This document shows positions 38,088-47,399 of a stretch of 64,000 bases of DNA, in pieces. Below the pieces are notes generated by a model that made no database searches, was not told where the DNA came from, and saw nothing but the letters and a program-made list of their open reading frames with translations. The DNA comes from a virus, in the IMG/VR virus record IMGVR_UViG_3300036852_000134, positions 1 through 64,000 of that record; one strand, 5' to 3'. Position 1 is the first letter of the stretch; every line of letters starts with the position of its first letter. Position numbers and translations under genes: made by a program.

Positions 38088-38575
38088 GCTGGCAACTCCA
38101 TGCTGCGTTTCGGCTCATAGGTGGAAGTCGAGACACGCCCACCGCGAACTTCAACGCGGCACAGATCGATCATGTGGGCTGCCATGGCTTCGGCCATGGC
38201 CTCGTACTTGCGCTCTTTGTCCTGGAGGTTCTTGACCACCGCGCCCTCGATTTCCGAGGCGACCATGTAGACGTTGACCTCGCGGGCCTGCCCGAAGCGC
38301 CAGCAGCGGCGGACGGCTTGGAACACCCCCTCAAAGGAGTCGTTCAGCCCGCAGAACACCATTCTGTTGGCGACCTGCCAATTGAGACCGCGACCAAAAA
38401 TCGAAACCTTTGTGATCATGATAGGAACGTCCGTCGTGCGCCATTCGCGCTCCTTGCGTATCTTGTCTTCGTGGCTGTCTGCGCCACGGATCGACACGCA
38501 ACGCCCTTTAAATGCTTCCTCAAGAGCATCTTGCTCAGCGTTGAGGGTGCACCATATGACCCACTTCTCACGCAT
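38078..38575 (-). CDS. SF2 (SNF2-like) helicase, C-terminal RecA domain
   Basis: WVIWC, GRGLNWQ (motif V), QAVRRCWRFGQ (motif VI); ATG at 38575. Confidence 0.85.
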   Translation of the reverse strand: MREKWVIWCTLNAEQDALEEAFKGRCVSIRGADSHEDKIRKEREWRTTDVPIMITKVSIFGRGLNWQVANRMVFCGLNDSFEGVFQAVRRCWRFGQAREVNVYMVASEIEGAVVKNLQDKERKYEAMAEAMAAHMIDLCRVEVRGGRVSTSTYEPKRSMELPAWL

Positions 38576-39029
38576 CCGCGTTCTCTCTTTCCTTGATGCG
38601 CCGAACAATGTCAGCCTTATCAAGATAAAGCGCAGCTTGCCGCAAGCGAGCAGCATCATCCTTGAAAGATCCAAGGGCTTGGTTGCATCTTAGGCACAGA
38701 ATGCCGCGCACGGTATTTGTGGAGTGGCAATGGTCGATGACCGGGAAGACATTCGGGTCAGACATGTCATCGTAACCGCATATTGCGCACTTGCCGCCCT
38801 GCTTGGTGAAGATTGCGTCGAACTCTTGCGTGCTAAGACCGTAGACGCGAGCTATTCTACGCCATCTCAACCTACTTCTTATTATGTCTCGATTTTTCTT
38901 TCTCCACTCAGCATCTGTTGCTTTGCGACGATCATCGGTCGGATAACGCGAGCGTCTCCGTGAGACAATGTCGTCTCTGTTTTGCCTATAGTATTCCCGC
39001 ATGTACGGCGCTTTATCTATGGCCATCAA
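38568..39029 (-). mobile_element. Endonuclease VII-family homing endonuclease inserted into the helicase gene
   Basis: YGLS, QGGKCAIC, IDHCH..VRGILCLRCNQALG. Confidence 0.88.
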
Positions 39030-39924
39030 TTATCCCTTTCACCGCTTCGACGCGTTCTTTTATTGTATCACGCCTTGCGCCTAATCGTTCAGAAAGCGTA
39101 GAAGCTTCCGTGGGGAAAAGCATTCCATTAACGTGCGTGTTCTCCACTTGGACCGTGACCTGGTGCATGGTGAGCGGCGGCAGATCGTATCCGGAATCTT
39201 CGTACCCAAGTTCGCGCGGATGCCGGATCATGACGGCCCATGACGCAACCCAGCGCCAGAAGTCATCTTGGGCGTGGCCTTTGAGGCGCCATTCCTCCCC
39301 GTTCACATCAGCCCGCACGGCGCCGTCATGGACGAAGAACATCGCCAGCATTTCCTTGGCCGACATGACGCCAAGGAACTCGGCATGCTGGCCAAGTTCG
39401 GTCCAGTCGTTCGGCGCTGGCGTGGCGGAGCCGCACAGCAGATACGGAGTAGACCGGCAAGCCTCAGTCAGATCGCGCCGAGTCTTGCTGTCCTGGTCCT
39501 TGATGATGCCGCTTTCATCAAGGATGATGCCGGCGAACTTGGAGATATCGAACTTGTCGCGGCGGTCGTAGTTCGTGACGACGATAGGCGTCTTGGCGGC
39601 GCTCTGATCGGCCGCGTAGGCGACGCCCTTGATGCCGAACTTGGCGGCCTCATTGACGGTCTGCTCCGCGACCGCGAGCGGGGTGAACAGAAGGACTTGA
39701 GCCTTGGTGCGCCTGACGACCTGCTGCCCCCAGGCGAGTTCCATAATGGTCTTACCGAGCCCCGTGCCGGCAAAGATCGCGGCGCGCCCGCGGCGACAAG
39801 CCCAAGTCGTGATGTCTCGCTGGAACGGCTTCAACGCCGCCGGCAGCCTACCCGGATCAAAGCCGGACGGCGGCACTGCTACGACCTTGCGGGCAAGGAA
39901 GCCCTCATACTCGGTGTCAAGCAT
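39013..39924 (-). CDS. SF2 (SNF2-like) helicase, N-terminal ATPase domain
   Basis: PFQ, GTGLGKT, ILDES and SATPAPND. Confidence 0.88.
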   Translation of the reverse strand: MLDTEYEGFLARKVVAVPPSGFDPGRLPAALKPFQRDITTWACRRGRAAIFAGTGLGKTIMELAWGQQVVRRTKAQVLLFTPLAVAEQTVNEAAKFGIKGVAYAADQSAAKTPIVVTNYDRRDKFDISKFAGIILDESGIIKDQDSKTRRDLTEACRSTPYLLCGSATPAPNDWTELGQHAEFLGVMSAKEMLAMFFVHDGAVRADVNGEEWRLKGHAQDDFWRWVASWAVMIRHPRELGYEDSGYDLPPLTMHQVTVQVENTHVNGMLFPTEASTLSERLGARRDTIKERVEAVKGIIDGHR

Positions 39925-40112
39925 TACGCCGCCTCCCCCATCTTCCCAGCCTCAGATGCAGCACGGGCGGAGGCCGCTTTGGCCATTTTCTGGCGCTTTA
40001 GGGTCCTCGCGGCCTTGATCGCGGCCGCCCGGCGGATCTGCGCCTTTGTTTTGATTGTAGGAAACTTGACCCACGGGAAACGTTGTATGAGCACCGACAG
40101 CTTCTGGCTCAT
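39924..40112 (-). CDS. Small basic hypothetical protein
   Basis: Start and stop overlap the neighbours. Confidence 0.5.
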   Translation of the reverse strand: MSQKLSVLIQRFPWVKFPTIKTKAQIRRAAAIKAARTLKRQKMAKAASARAASEAGKMGEAA

Positions 40113-40444
40113 GATACGCTCTCCGGCCCCAAATTCGGCTCTGGGAGCCTTTCGGCATTAGCGGCATCGGAGATGGCGGCGGAGGAGAGAACGGGCGCCA
40201 CGGGCGAAATTTGGGGGGTTCCTGCGCGATCTAAGACGGCAGCCGACTGCTTGCACCCGGCGCTGGCTAAATCGACCACACAAGCTTCCACCCTGCTCAG
40301 GGTCTCGCCGATGCTGCGCCCGTGGGCGAATAGGCCCTTGATGTCCGTGGACTCCGCCATAAAGAGGCCGCACGCATGGCGCGTCACCTTCACGGTGAGC
40401 ACGCGCTCCCAGCCTGCTGGCTCCTGTTCCTTCGCTTCGCTCAT
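40109..40444 (-). CDS. HicB N-terminal-like protein
   Basis: LFMAESTDIKGLFAHGRSIGE. Confidence 0.5.
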   Translation of the reverse strand: MSEAKEQEPAGWERVLTVKVTRHACGLFMAESTDIKGLFAHGRSIGETLSRVEACVVDLASAGCKQSAAVLDRAGTPQISPVAPVLSSAAISDAANAERLPEPNLGPESVS

Positions 40445-40620
40445 CAGTGCAACCCCACGCTCATCTTGACCTGCTCAGGCATGGCCTCGTGGATGAAGTT
40501 CAACCAGCGCTCGGCGTCTTCGGCTCTCCGCCGCTGCCGGCGAGCTTCTGCGAGAGCGGCATCCAGCCGTTGCTGGAGGTTCGCCACCATCGCGTCTCTC
40601 GGAGTTCTGAGCTTCGTCAT
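40444..40620 (-). CDS. Hypothetical coiled-coil protein
   Basis: MTKLRTP start, ATGA overlap. Confidence 0.5.
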   Translation of the reverse strand: MTKLRTPRDAMVANLQQRLDAALAEARRQRRRAEDAERWLNFIHEAMPEQVKMSVGLH

Positions 40621-41009
40621 GCCGCCACCAGCCTCTCTAACGAACGCTCGACTCTGTGCCGCGCGTGGGGCGAGGTCGGCTCGACCAGAATTTCCTCGGC
40701 AGCTTCCCGCAACTCGTCCCAGCGCCACGCCCATCCATTCGGTAATTCTCGATGGCGGTATCGGTAGCGCGGGCGCTTCCGAGGTGGTGCAAGCCGCGCA
40801 ACGCGGTAGCCCTTGGCGTGCAGCCGCCGGAGTCTCGCTGCCATGGCCCAGCGGATCAGACTCACAAGCGAGCGCCGCATCCACCCCAGGATCGCCAAGA
40901 TCACGCTGGCGGCGAAGTTGATGGCGAGCACGAGCAGCGTGATCTTGAGCCAGAGCCCGAAGAACGTCTCCCCATCGATGAGCAGGAAATGTTCGCCGAC
41001 GTGGATCAT
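40617..41009 (-). CDS. Hypothetical membrane protein
   Basis: One TM; coupled to neighbours. Confidence 0.5.
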   Translation of the reverse strand: MIHVGEHFLLIDGETFFGLWLKITLLVLAINFAASVILAILGWMRRSLVSLIRWAMAARLRRLHAKGYRVARLAPPRKRPRYRYRHRELPNGWAWRWDELREAAEEILVEPTSPHARHRVERSLERLVAA

Positions 41010-41650
41010 CTCCCCAGCACCTCCGCCCGGAGTTTCTCGCGCTTGGCGAGCATGGAGGAGCCGAGACCCTGGAGCGCCTCGGCGAACGCCATCGGCTTGA
41101 CGACCCCGTCAGCGTCGATCACTTCCCCGCGCAAGGTGGAGCGGTAGTCCTCGTCGAACTCGCGGGCGCTGCGCTTGCACTGGTCGATCTCGCGGCCGGT
41201 CGGCATCCGCCGGTTCTTCCGACAAAAGTTCCAGAGAGCCATGACCCAACAGGGATCGTCCTGGGCTGCCTGCCTACCCATGGCGGAGTGGACGAGTTCA
41301 TGGGCGAGTTTCTGGCGCTCCTTGGACCAGTCGTCGCTGGCGTCCTCGCGGAGAGCTGGCAGGACTTGCTGGCGCTCATCCGCCGCGACCCAGCGCTTGG
41401 CCTCTGCACAGAAAGCGGCGCATTCGCCCGGAGTAGGGGTGCTCCTGTCCTTGCTCGACGTGCTCTTGCGACTGCGCACCAGTTCTGTAAACGCGCGGTC
41501 AAGCACAGCCGGCGAGTAGCCGTCCAGCTCGCGGGTCATGATGGCCGACCAGGTTATCTCCTGGTCCTTGTCCCATTCCCGAAACGGCGGGTAGAGCTGA
41601 AGGCAGGTGTCCACGAAATCCGAGACTGAGTTGATGATCTTACTGCTCAT
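41006..41650 (-). CDS. Putative replication accessory/helicase loader (lambda P position)
   Basis: Directly downstream of the initiator; PTPGE motif. Confidence 0.45.
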   Translation of the reverse strand: MSSKIINSVSDFVDTCLQLYPPFREWDKDQEITWSAIMTRELDGYSPAVLDRAFTELVRSRKSTSSKDRSTPTPGECAAFCAEAKRWVAADERQQVLPALREDASDDWSKERQKLAHELVHSAMGRQAAQDDPCWVMALWNFCRKNRRMPTGREIDQCKRSAREFDEDYRSTLRGEVIDADGVVKPMAFAEALQGLGSSMLAKREKLRAEVLGR

Positions 41651-42618
41651 GAGTGCCCGCTCCACTTCTGCTTTTCGGCCCTGAGCTTTGCCTGAGCCTC
41701 TTCGACGTAGCCGCGGATGCGCTCCCGCCGGGTTGGTTGGGCGTCTTTGGCTGGCGCCGCAGCGCTCTTAGGCTCGGCCTTCATGCGCTGGGCGATCTTC
41801 GCCCAAGCCTGCAGAGGCTTGGCAACAAGGCCGCCGGTCACCAGATCGGTTTTCAGTTTGTGGTAACTCTGCGCGGTCACGTCCTGACCGAACGTTCGCA
41901 CCGTACTCGCCAGCCACTGCCGAGCGTTGGCCTTCGTGGCGGGAGGTTCCAGCCACTGCTGGATGTCGCCAATCATCAACTCAGCTGAGCCATTCAAGCC
42001 AGCCAGCTCGCCAGCAGGCTCATCGTTGGTTTCTGGGCGCAGACTGCTAGCTAGCCTTCTAGCTAGCTCTTCAGAAGTAATTATCTCCGAAGGAGATTCC
42101 TTATTCCCGTGCGAAGTTATATCCACGCGCGCAGGCGTATGCGCGGGCGCGTCTTGCGCAAGTTCGTCCGTAATTTCTACGGCAGCCACAGCCGTAATTT
42201 GCTCCTCTGATCCGTAGTCCTTACTGGCTTCGTCCGTAACTTTTACGGCTGGCGCCTCCGTAATTGTTACGTTCTGTTCTTTGCGGAACTTGTTCGGATT
42301 GCGCTGGAGCAGATCAGTAAAAGTTACGGGCGTCTCCTTGAAGGCAGGAGATACCTCTATCGTCGTCACGCGACCAATTGTGATCCGCTTGACGATCACC
42401 CACCCCTGCTCGGACAGGTAGCGCTTCCATTTGTTGTAGGTCTTATCGGCGACGCCCTTGGTGTCCATGCCGACGAGCACCGCCAGTTCCTCGTTGGAGG
42501 TGGCTTTGAAGGCGACGGCATAGATCGCCAGCGCGCGGGCCTGGTACGGCACGGCGCTCTCCGACATGCGGTAGAGCCATTCGGCTAGGGAGATGCGGAG
42601 TTCGTTGCTCTTGGTCAT
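41647..42618 (-). CDS. Putative replication initiator (lambda O-like organisation)
   Basis: N-terminal wHTH-like region, low-complexity linker that carries DNA iterons. Confidence 0.6.
   Translation of the reverse strand: MTKSNELRISLAEWLYRMSESAVPYQARALAIYAVAFKATSNEELAVLVGMDTKGVADKTYNKWKRYLSEQGWVIVKRITIGRVTTIEVSPAFKETPVTFTDLLQRNPNKFRKEQNVTITEAPAVKVTDEASKDYGSEEQITAVAAVEITDELAQDAPAHTPARVDITSHGNKESPSEIITSEELARRLASSLRPETNDEPAGELAGLNGSAELMIGDIQQWLEPPATKANARQWLASTVRTFGQDVTAQSYHKLKTDLVTGGLVAKPLQAWAKIAQRMKAEPKSAAAPAKDAQPTRRERIRGYVEEAQAKLRAEKQKWSGHS
42168..42329. repeat. Palindromic iterons CCGTAA-N3-TTACGG (putative replication origin)
   Basis: Copies at 42168, 42192 (half), 42212, 42234, 42258 and 42315. 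Confidence 0.7.
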
Positions 42619-43070
42619 TTCGCACCACCCCATTCCTCTGGAGTGCGTGCGTACTTACTCCAATTGCATCGCCCACAAGCTGGCGTCAGGTTCTCAACGT
42701 CATCGGTGCCACCTTGAGCATGGGGGATGACGTGGTCGATCTGGTAGCCGTTCCAAGCCGTACGGTCGAATGGGTTCAGCTGCTCGTTGCAGTAGGTGCA
42801 GAATCCGTTCGTCTTCTTCCAGACCTCCCAAGCGAACTGATCTGTTACCCTCCCCCGTTGTCCTACTGCTGGCTGCTCCAATCCCAGGAGCGCAGCCATG
42901 CCAGAGCACTTCTCTTTCGCCTTGATGTCCCTGCTCTTGACGATGTCCAAAATCGCCGCCAGCTTTGCTTCGTCACCCTGTGGATTGTGCGGGGATATCT
43001 TGACTTCTGTGCGGCTTTCATATACCACGGCATCACCTTTGTATGGGTCGGACTTCGCAGGTCTACTCAT
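42615..43070 (-). CDS. HNH endonuclease
   Basis: CTYC, IDHVIPHAQGG..NLTPACGRCN. Confidence 0.88.
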   Translation of the reverse strand: MSRPAKSDPYKGDAVVYESRTEVKISPHNPQGDEAKLAAILDIVKSRDIKAKEKCSGMAALLGLEQPAVGQRGRVTDQFAWEVWKKTNGFCTYCNEQLNPFDRTAWNGYQIDHVIPHAQGGTDDVENLTPACGRCNWSKYARTPEEWGGAK

Positions 43071-43145
43071 CACCACGCTCAGGCTGGCACCCCGAGCGAC
43101 ACTCTCCAGAAGGCTCCTACCGGCAAGTGGGAGCCTTCAATCATT

Positions 43146-43370
43146 TCAGGCCTCTCGATCCTCCCTATCCTCCCTCCTGGACCAGGCGAGCGCGTAGGCG
43201 CAGACGGCGACAATCCCGCAGCAGATGAGGTTGACGAGGCCCCACTTGAGATACTCCGGCCATAGGTCGAAGCCGGTGATGTCCCTGTAGGTGATGATGG
43301 CGACGGCGCCGTAGGTGGCGAGAAGGATGCCGCCTAGGAAGGCGATGTCCTTGAGGTGGCGGAGGGTCAT
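43146..43370 (-). CDS. Small two-TM protein
   Basis: Two hydrophobic helices; ATGA overlap. Confidence 0.55.
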   Translation of the reverse strand: MTLRHLKDIAFLGGILLATYGAVAIITYRDITGFDLWPEYLKWGLVNLICCGIVAVCAYALAWSRREDREDREA

Positions 43371-43585
43371 GACGTGCCCCTGTGCGTGTCTACTGTGATG
43401 CAGGTCTCAGCACGCTCACGGAGCCACTGGGCGGTGGCGCGCGGGGAGCCTCTGCGATCATCCCGGCCATTGGCGAAGCCGTGCCGGTAGCTGTAGCTGC
43501 GGTTGGCGGACGGCTCCGGCGCGTCACGGTCGTACCCGTCCATGAACCCCTGCATCATCTCGTCTTCGGCCTCCTTGCGGGTCAT
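43367..43585 (-). CDS. Hypothetical protein
   Basis: GGAAGG RBS. Confidence 0.55.
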   Translation of the reverse strand: MTRKEAEDEMMQGFMDGYDRDAPEPSANRSYSYRHGFANGRDDRRGSPRATAQWLRERAETCITVDTHRGTS

Positions 43586-43676
43586 GACCTTCCCCTGATT
43601 TTGGCGACCAAGCTTCGGAGCCAGAATGCAAGCCGATCAAGATAGGGATCGAGGGGACGGGGCTTGAGGTAGTGGG

Positions 43677-43898
43677 TCATGCGGCCTGCTCCTGCGCTGG
43701 AGAGGCTTCCTCGGATGGCGTCGGATCCAGAAGGTCGGCTGCGCGCTCGAACTCCGCAGCCCTGTCTAAGTAGCCTGCTGCGTCGCTTCTGGCCTCAGCT
43801 ACGCGCTGCCCCCACATCTCAGCGTCCCTATCCCTATCAACGGCCGCGCTGCGGAATGCGGCTGCTCTCTCCCTCAGATGCTTCGACGCTTGGTTCAT
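43677..43898 (-). CDS. Hypothetical protein
   Basis: AAGGG RBS; Ala-rich helical. Confidence 0.55.
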   Translation of the reverse strand: MNQASKHLRERAAAFRSAAVDRDRDAEMWGQRVAEARSDAAGYLDRAAEFERAADLLDPTPSEEASPAQEQAA

Positions 43899-44006
43899 TG
43901 TCTTTCCCTTTCGCTTCAGGCGTCAGTGGAGCGGAGATGGACGAAGGCGGGTGCTGCAAAGCCCTAAACACCGCCCTCTAGTGCCCATCTCCGCACCGCT
44001 GAAGCC

Positions 44007-44171
44007 TCAATTCGGCTTGACTTGATATTCTTCGGTCGAGCCGTCTGGATTGACTTTGAGGTGACGACACTTCGGGCAACCGGCCTCTGCGGCTTGGACG
44101 GCTGCATCGCCTTCCAGGTCGCATTCTGGCGGCCCAGCACAGACGATTACTTCCGGTCTCTCGTTGTTCAT
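44007..44171 (-). CDS. 54-aa Cys-containing peptide
   Basis: MNNERPEVIVCAGPPEC...CPKC...; GGGGA RBS; below track cutoff. Confidence 0.45.
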   Translation of the reverse strand: MNNERPEVIVCAGPPECDLEGDAAVQAAEAGCPKCRHLKVNPDGSTEEYQVKPN

Positions 44172-44355
44172 TGGCGCTATCCCCGGCAGTGCCGGCTCAA
44201 CTCCGTAGAGTTGAACCGGCTACCGTCCTTTGTGGTGAACACGGTGCTTACTCACACGCTACCTACGGACCCCATTCTCATTCAGCCGGCACACTGGCGC
44301 GTCCGCACTCATCCAGACTAGGACCCGGCCAGCACCCATTGAGTGCGCCGGCAGA

Positions 44356-45462
44356 TCAGACCAGAGCGTGAAGGCCTCCATTCCTCCGCGGCGTGTAAGT
44401 GAGGGAGTTGGCGCGACCCTTGCGGTCGGCCTTCACCTTCCCCCTTCCCTTGAGCCTCTGGATGTCGCGAGAAACCTTGGCCTCTGAAACGCGCAGGGCG
44501 TCAGCGATGACCCTTTGGCTGGTCACGCTCGGGTTGGTTGCAAGGAACTCCTCGACGGAGGCGTACTTGGGTTGCAGGGTCAATGGAACGGTAGGCCTCG
44601 GGGCGGGCGCCGGTACTCGCGGCGGATCGCTACTCACTTTGTGCAAAGGTTCCGGGGCTGCCTGCAACTGTGGGGGAGCCGCGATCTTTGCAGGGAGATC
44701 GACAACGTTTTCACCCCTCGGTGCAATCGTTGCAGGCTGCGATTTGTCTTTGCCGCCAGAGCCTTCCGGAGAGCCTGCAAGCTTCCGCCCGTTCGGGGCC
44801 GTCGGTTCCGGGTTCCATGAAAGCAAGAAGCCTGCACCGGGGAAGCCTATCATTTTCAGGAAGATGATCAGGATTGCAAAGTAGGCCGAGCGGATCTGCT
44901 GGACCGTTTCAAGGCTCACTCCCAACTTCGATGCAATGATTTCAGCTCCGGCGTCGGGGGCGACGATGACTTTCACCTCAGCATCGCGGAAGGATTTGAT
45001 CGCCTCCTGCGAGCCGTAGATGAAATCCTCACGTGCCGCGCTCGTCTTTGCCTTGCCGGCAAAGGTTGCCATCTTGCCGACGCTGTCCCTTGCAAGCTTG
45101 TCGGCATCTGCGATGCGCTCATTGGTGGTGGCGCGCGTCTTGCTCGCTGAGATCGCCTCGGTTGCCTGGAAGCTGTAGACGGAGTTGGCGGACCAACCCG
45201 CGCTAGCCACTAGCGCTATCCCAAAGATGAAGGCCCAACCCCACCGGCGATTCCCAGCGCAGACGCCGGCCGCGAGCCCGCAGAACAGCAAGCCCATCAC
45301 GTCGATGGAGACAGAGCCGACGCTGTTGATGATCTTGCCGGCGACAGTCACGCCTTGGTGGCCGCCCTGGAACCAATTCGTCACACCAGTCAAGATCAGG
45401 AGGGCGATGCTGCCGGCCAGCACCCCCCAGCCGCAAATCCTGAATTTCAAAGTCTGCGACAT
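44356..45462 (-). CDS. Multi-TM membrane protein with C-terminal HTH
   Basis: About 4 TMs, Pro-rich linker, SQRVIADALRVSEAKVSRDIQRL HTH. Confidence 0.7.
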   Translation of the reverse strand: MSQTLKFRICGWGVLAGSIALLILTGVTNWFQGGHQGVTVAGKIINSVGSVSIDVMGLLFCGLAAGVCAGNRRWGWAFIFGIALVASAGWSANSVYSFQATEAISASKTRATTNERIADADKLARDSVGKMATFAGKAKTSAAREDFIYGSQEAIKSFRDAEVKVIVAPDAGAEIIASKLGVSLETVQQIRSAYFAILIIFLKMIGFPGAGFLLSWNPEPTAPNGRKLAGSPEGSGGKDKSQPATIAPRGENVVDLPAKIAAPPQLQAAPEPLHKVSSDPPRVPAPAPRPTVPLTLQPKYASVEEFLATNPSVTSQRVIADALRVSEAKVSRDIQRLKGRGKVKADRKGRANSLTYTPRRNGGLHALV

Positions 45463-45522
45463 GCGCTGCACCTATGCTTGTTCTTGAACCTGTGGGGACG
45501 CAACGCACTCGACTTGGAAGGC

Positions 45523-46071
45523 TCACGCTGCCTCCAACTCTCTCTCGACAACTGGGGCAGGCGCGGAGACTGCTGGTGGCGTGCGCGGGCGCACGGGGGT
45601 GTACGCACGGGCGTGATGGCCGGCGCAGTAGGCCGACACCGGGATGCCCGGAAGCCCCATGCGGTCTAGGCCGCAGAATAGAGGCTCATGCGCGCCGACC
45701 GCTGCGGGGTCGCCAACTGGCCATTTGCAGTGCTTGAGATCCAGGTCGGCAAAGCTGATACGGGCCTTGTCGTCTGCCGCAGGCATGGGGAGTGGCGCCG
45801 GTTCCATCGGTGGACTGCGCACCATGTTGGGGGACGTGACGAAAACGAAGGGCTTACCCTTGCTTTTCGGCTTGGGCTGCCCCTTGGGTGGGACGCGGCG
45901 GCTGTATTTGATGCGTGACTTGGTGGCGCGGCCGGCGAGACCGAGGCGGTGGATCTTGCCAATCACGCCGTTGCGCGTCACGCCGCCCAGCCGGCCAGCG
46001 ATCTGGCTGCAGCTGAAGCCGTCGGCCCAGAGGCGCTTCAGGGCGGCGGTGCGCTCGTCATTCCACCTCAT
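45523..46071 (-). CDS. gcrA: GcrA family cell-cycle regulator homologue
   Basis: WNDERTAALKRLWADGFSCSQIA..LGGVTRNGVIGKIHRLGL; CKWPVGDP, FCG, YC..H...AY. Confidence 0.92.
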   Translation of the reverse strand: MRWNDERTAALKRLWADGFSCSQIAGRLGGVTRNGVIGKIHRLGLAGRATKSRIKYSRRVPPKGQPKPKSKGKPFVFVTSPNMVRSPPMEPAPLPMPAADDKARISFADLDLKHCKWPVGDPAAVGAHEPLFCGLDRMGLPGIPVSAYCAGHHARAYTPVRPRTPPAVSAPAPVVERELEAA

Positions 46072-46409
46072 GACGCGCGAGCCTCCGCGCGGCGCTCGCA
46101 GTAGGCGCGCTGCGACTGCCTCCTGCGCTCGATGAATTCCGGGTCTGCCCGGTTCCGCTCACGGTACGCCCTGACTATTCGCTTCTTGCGTTCGCGGAAC
46201 TCCGGGTCGTTGCGGTAGCGCTCAACCTTGTATTTCCTATCCCGCGCGACGTCGCACGGCAGCTGCATCGGGTTGCCGCTAGGGCTTGTGTGCTGCCGCA
46301 CCCGGTGAACGTAGGCGTAACTGAACCCGGTAAGCCGCACGATCTCAGCGTTGCTGAGGTGCAGGAGCTTCCGGATCTGATCTGCTTTGCTGAGTTGCGT
46401 CGCCATCAC
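46068..46409 (-). CDS. Basic HTH-like hypothetical protein
   Basis: SNAEIVRLTGFSYAYVHRVR. Confidence 0.5.
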   Translation of the reverse strand: MMATQLSKADQIRKLLHLSNAEIVRLTGFSYAYVHRVRQHTSPSGNPMQLPCDVARDRKYKVERYRNDPEFRERKKRIVRAYRERNRADPEFIERRRQSQRAYCERRAEARAS

Positions 46410-46649
46410 GATGCCCTAATCTGTCTCGATACTGACGCAACGCGGGGTCCGAAAGTGGGGAGAGCCTTTTGAACTCTCCCCCAAACGCAGTTAGGCGGCG
46501 CGGACTGATTAGCTGGCGAACGATATGTCCACCCTCTCGGGCAGCCCTGCAGTACCAACCAGCGGCATCAGTCCTTCTCTTGAGGTGCGACCGCCACCGA
46601 ACATGGCCGCCCCATGGGAGAGGTACGCAGGGACCACGCCTTGCGGCGC

Positions 46650-46778
46650 CGCGATTTCGACGGGCAGCTCAGCGGAGATCAACCCGCCTATCGGCTTGGC
46701 CTAGGTTCGGAGGCATCGTTGCCGGGCCGCCCCAGCTCATCCCCCTCGGTCTAGGCTTCGTCGCCCGTCGAAATCGCG
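46650..46778 (-). ncRNA. Candidate structured RNA downstream of cro
   Basis: 16-bp perfect inverted repeat enclosing internal stems. Confidence 0.4.
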
Positions 46779-47023
46779 CCGACGCCAGGAAACTCAAACG
46801 CGACTTATGCTGACGTACTTGTCCACAACCGTTGTGCGCTGCCGATCAGAACCTTGACCGTCATACCCCCGTCACATTCCGCCTTGACGCTGCATCTTTA
46901 CTGTGCACAGTGCTTGCGCAGAGCTTCTGCGTGCGGGACGCTCAGGGGTGGGCAACAACAAACAACGTCGGCGCACTCGACATACGCGGGTAACTCGGGA
47001 TGCAACTGACACTGAGAGACTAC

Positions 47024-47311
47024 TTACGCAGCCGCGCGCTCGGATTGACGCTTAGGGCGCGGCTTCTGGCCTTGCTTACGTAGAGTTTCGTTGGCCTTGT
47101 GCAGGTCGCTCTCCGTGACTTCACAGGCCGACATAACGAAGCTCCAGTGCCGCTCAGGAATGCCAATCTCGAACCACGAGTAGATCGACTTCTCGGCGAC
47201 CGCCTGGTCTGGCCGTAGCTTCCTGCTGCGCACGAGTTCCCTCATGTGAGCATGCAGCCCCTTCGGGCCGCCTGCTCTCTGGATGATCTCGCGAACGTCG
47301 AGGGTGCTCAT
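47024..47311 (-). CDS. cro: Cro-like repressor
   Basis: IIQRAGG...SIYSWFEIGIPERHW; divergent from cI. Confidence 0.7.
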   Translation of the reverse strand: MSTLDVREIIQRAGGPKGLHAHMRELVRSRKLRPDQAVAEKSIYSWFEIGIPERHWSFVMSACEVTESDLHKANETLRKQGQKPRPKRQSERAAA

Positions 47312-47318
47312 GCTTGTC

Positions 47319-47391
47319 ACCATAATCTGAGATTTTCGGAATTGCAAGCCGAGAAAATTGGAAGCATGGTGTCACGGTTAGCGGCTAAAGT
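47319..47391. promoter_or_regulatory. Divergent cro/cI promoters with two operators
   Basis: Minus strand TTGCAA-N17-TATGGT; operators at 47325-47341 and 47347-47363; plus strand TAAAGT at 47386. Confidence 0.6.
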
Positions 47392-47399
47392 CCGAACCC

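Noticed and set aside
38568-39029. Group I intron or intein in the helicase
   Set aside because: The ORF overlaps both helicase halves, leaving no intron core; stops and frame changes exclude an intein.
40109-40444. HicAB toxin-antitoxin pair
   Set aside because: Only a HicB-like fragment is visible; no HicA-like neighbour.
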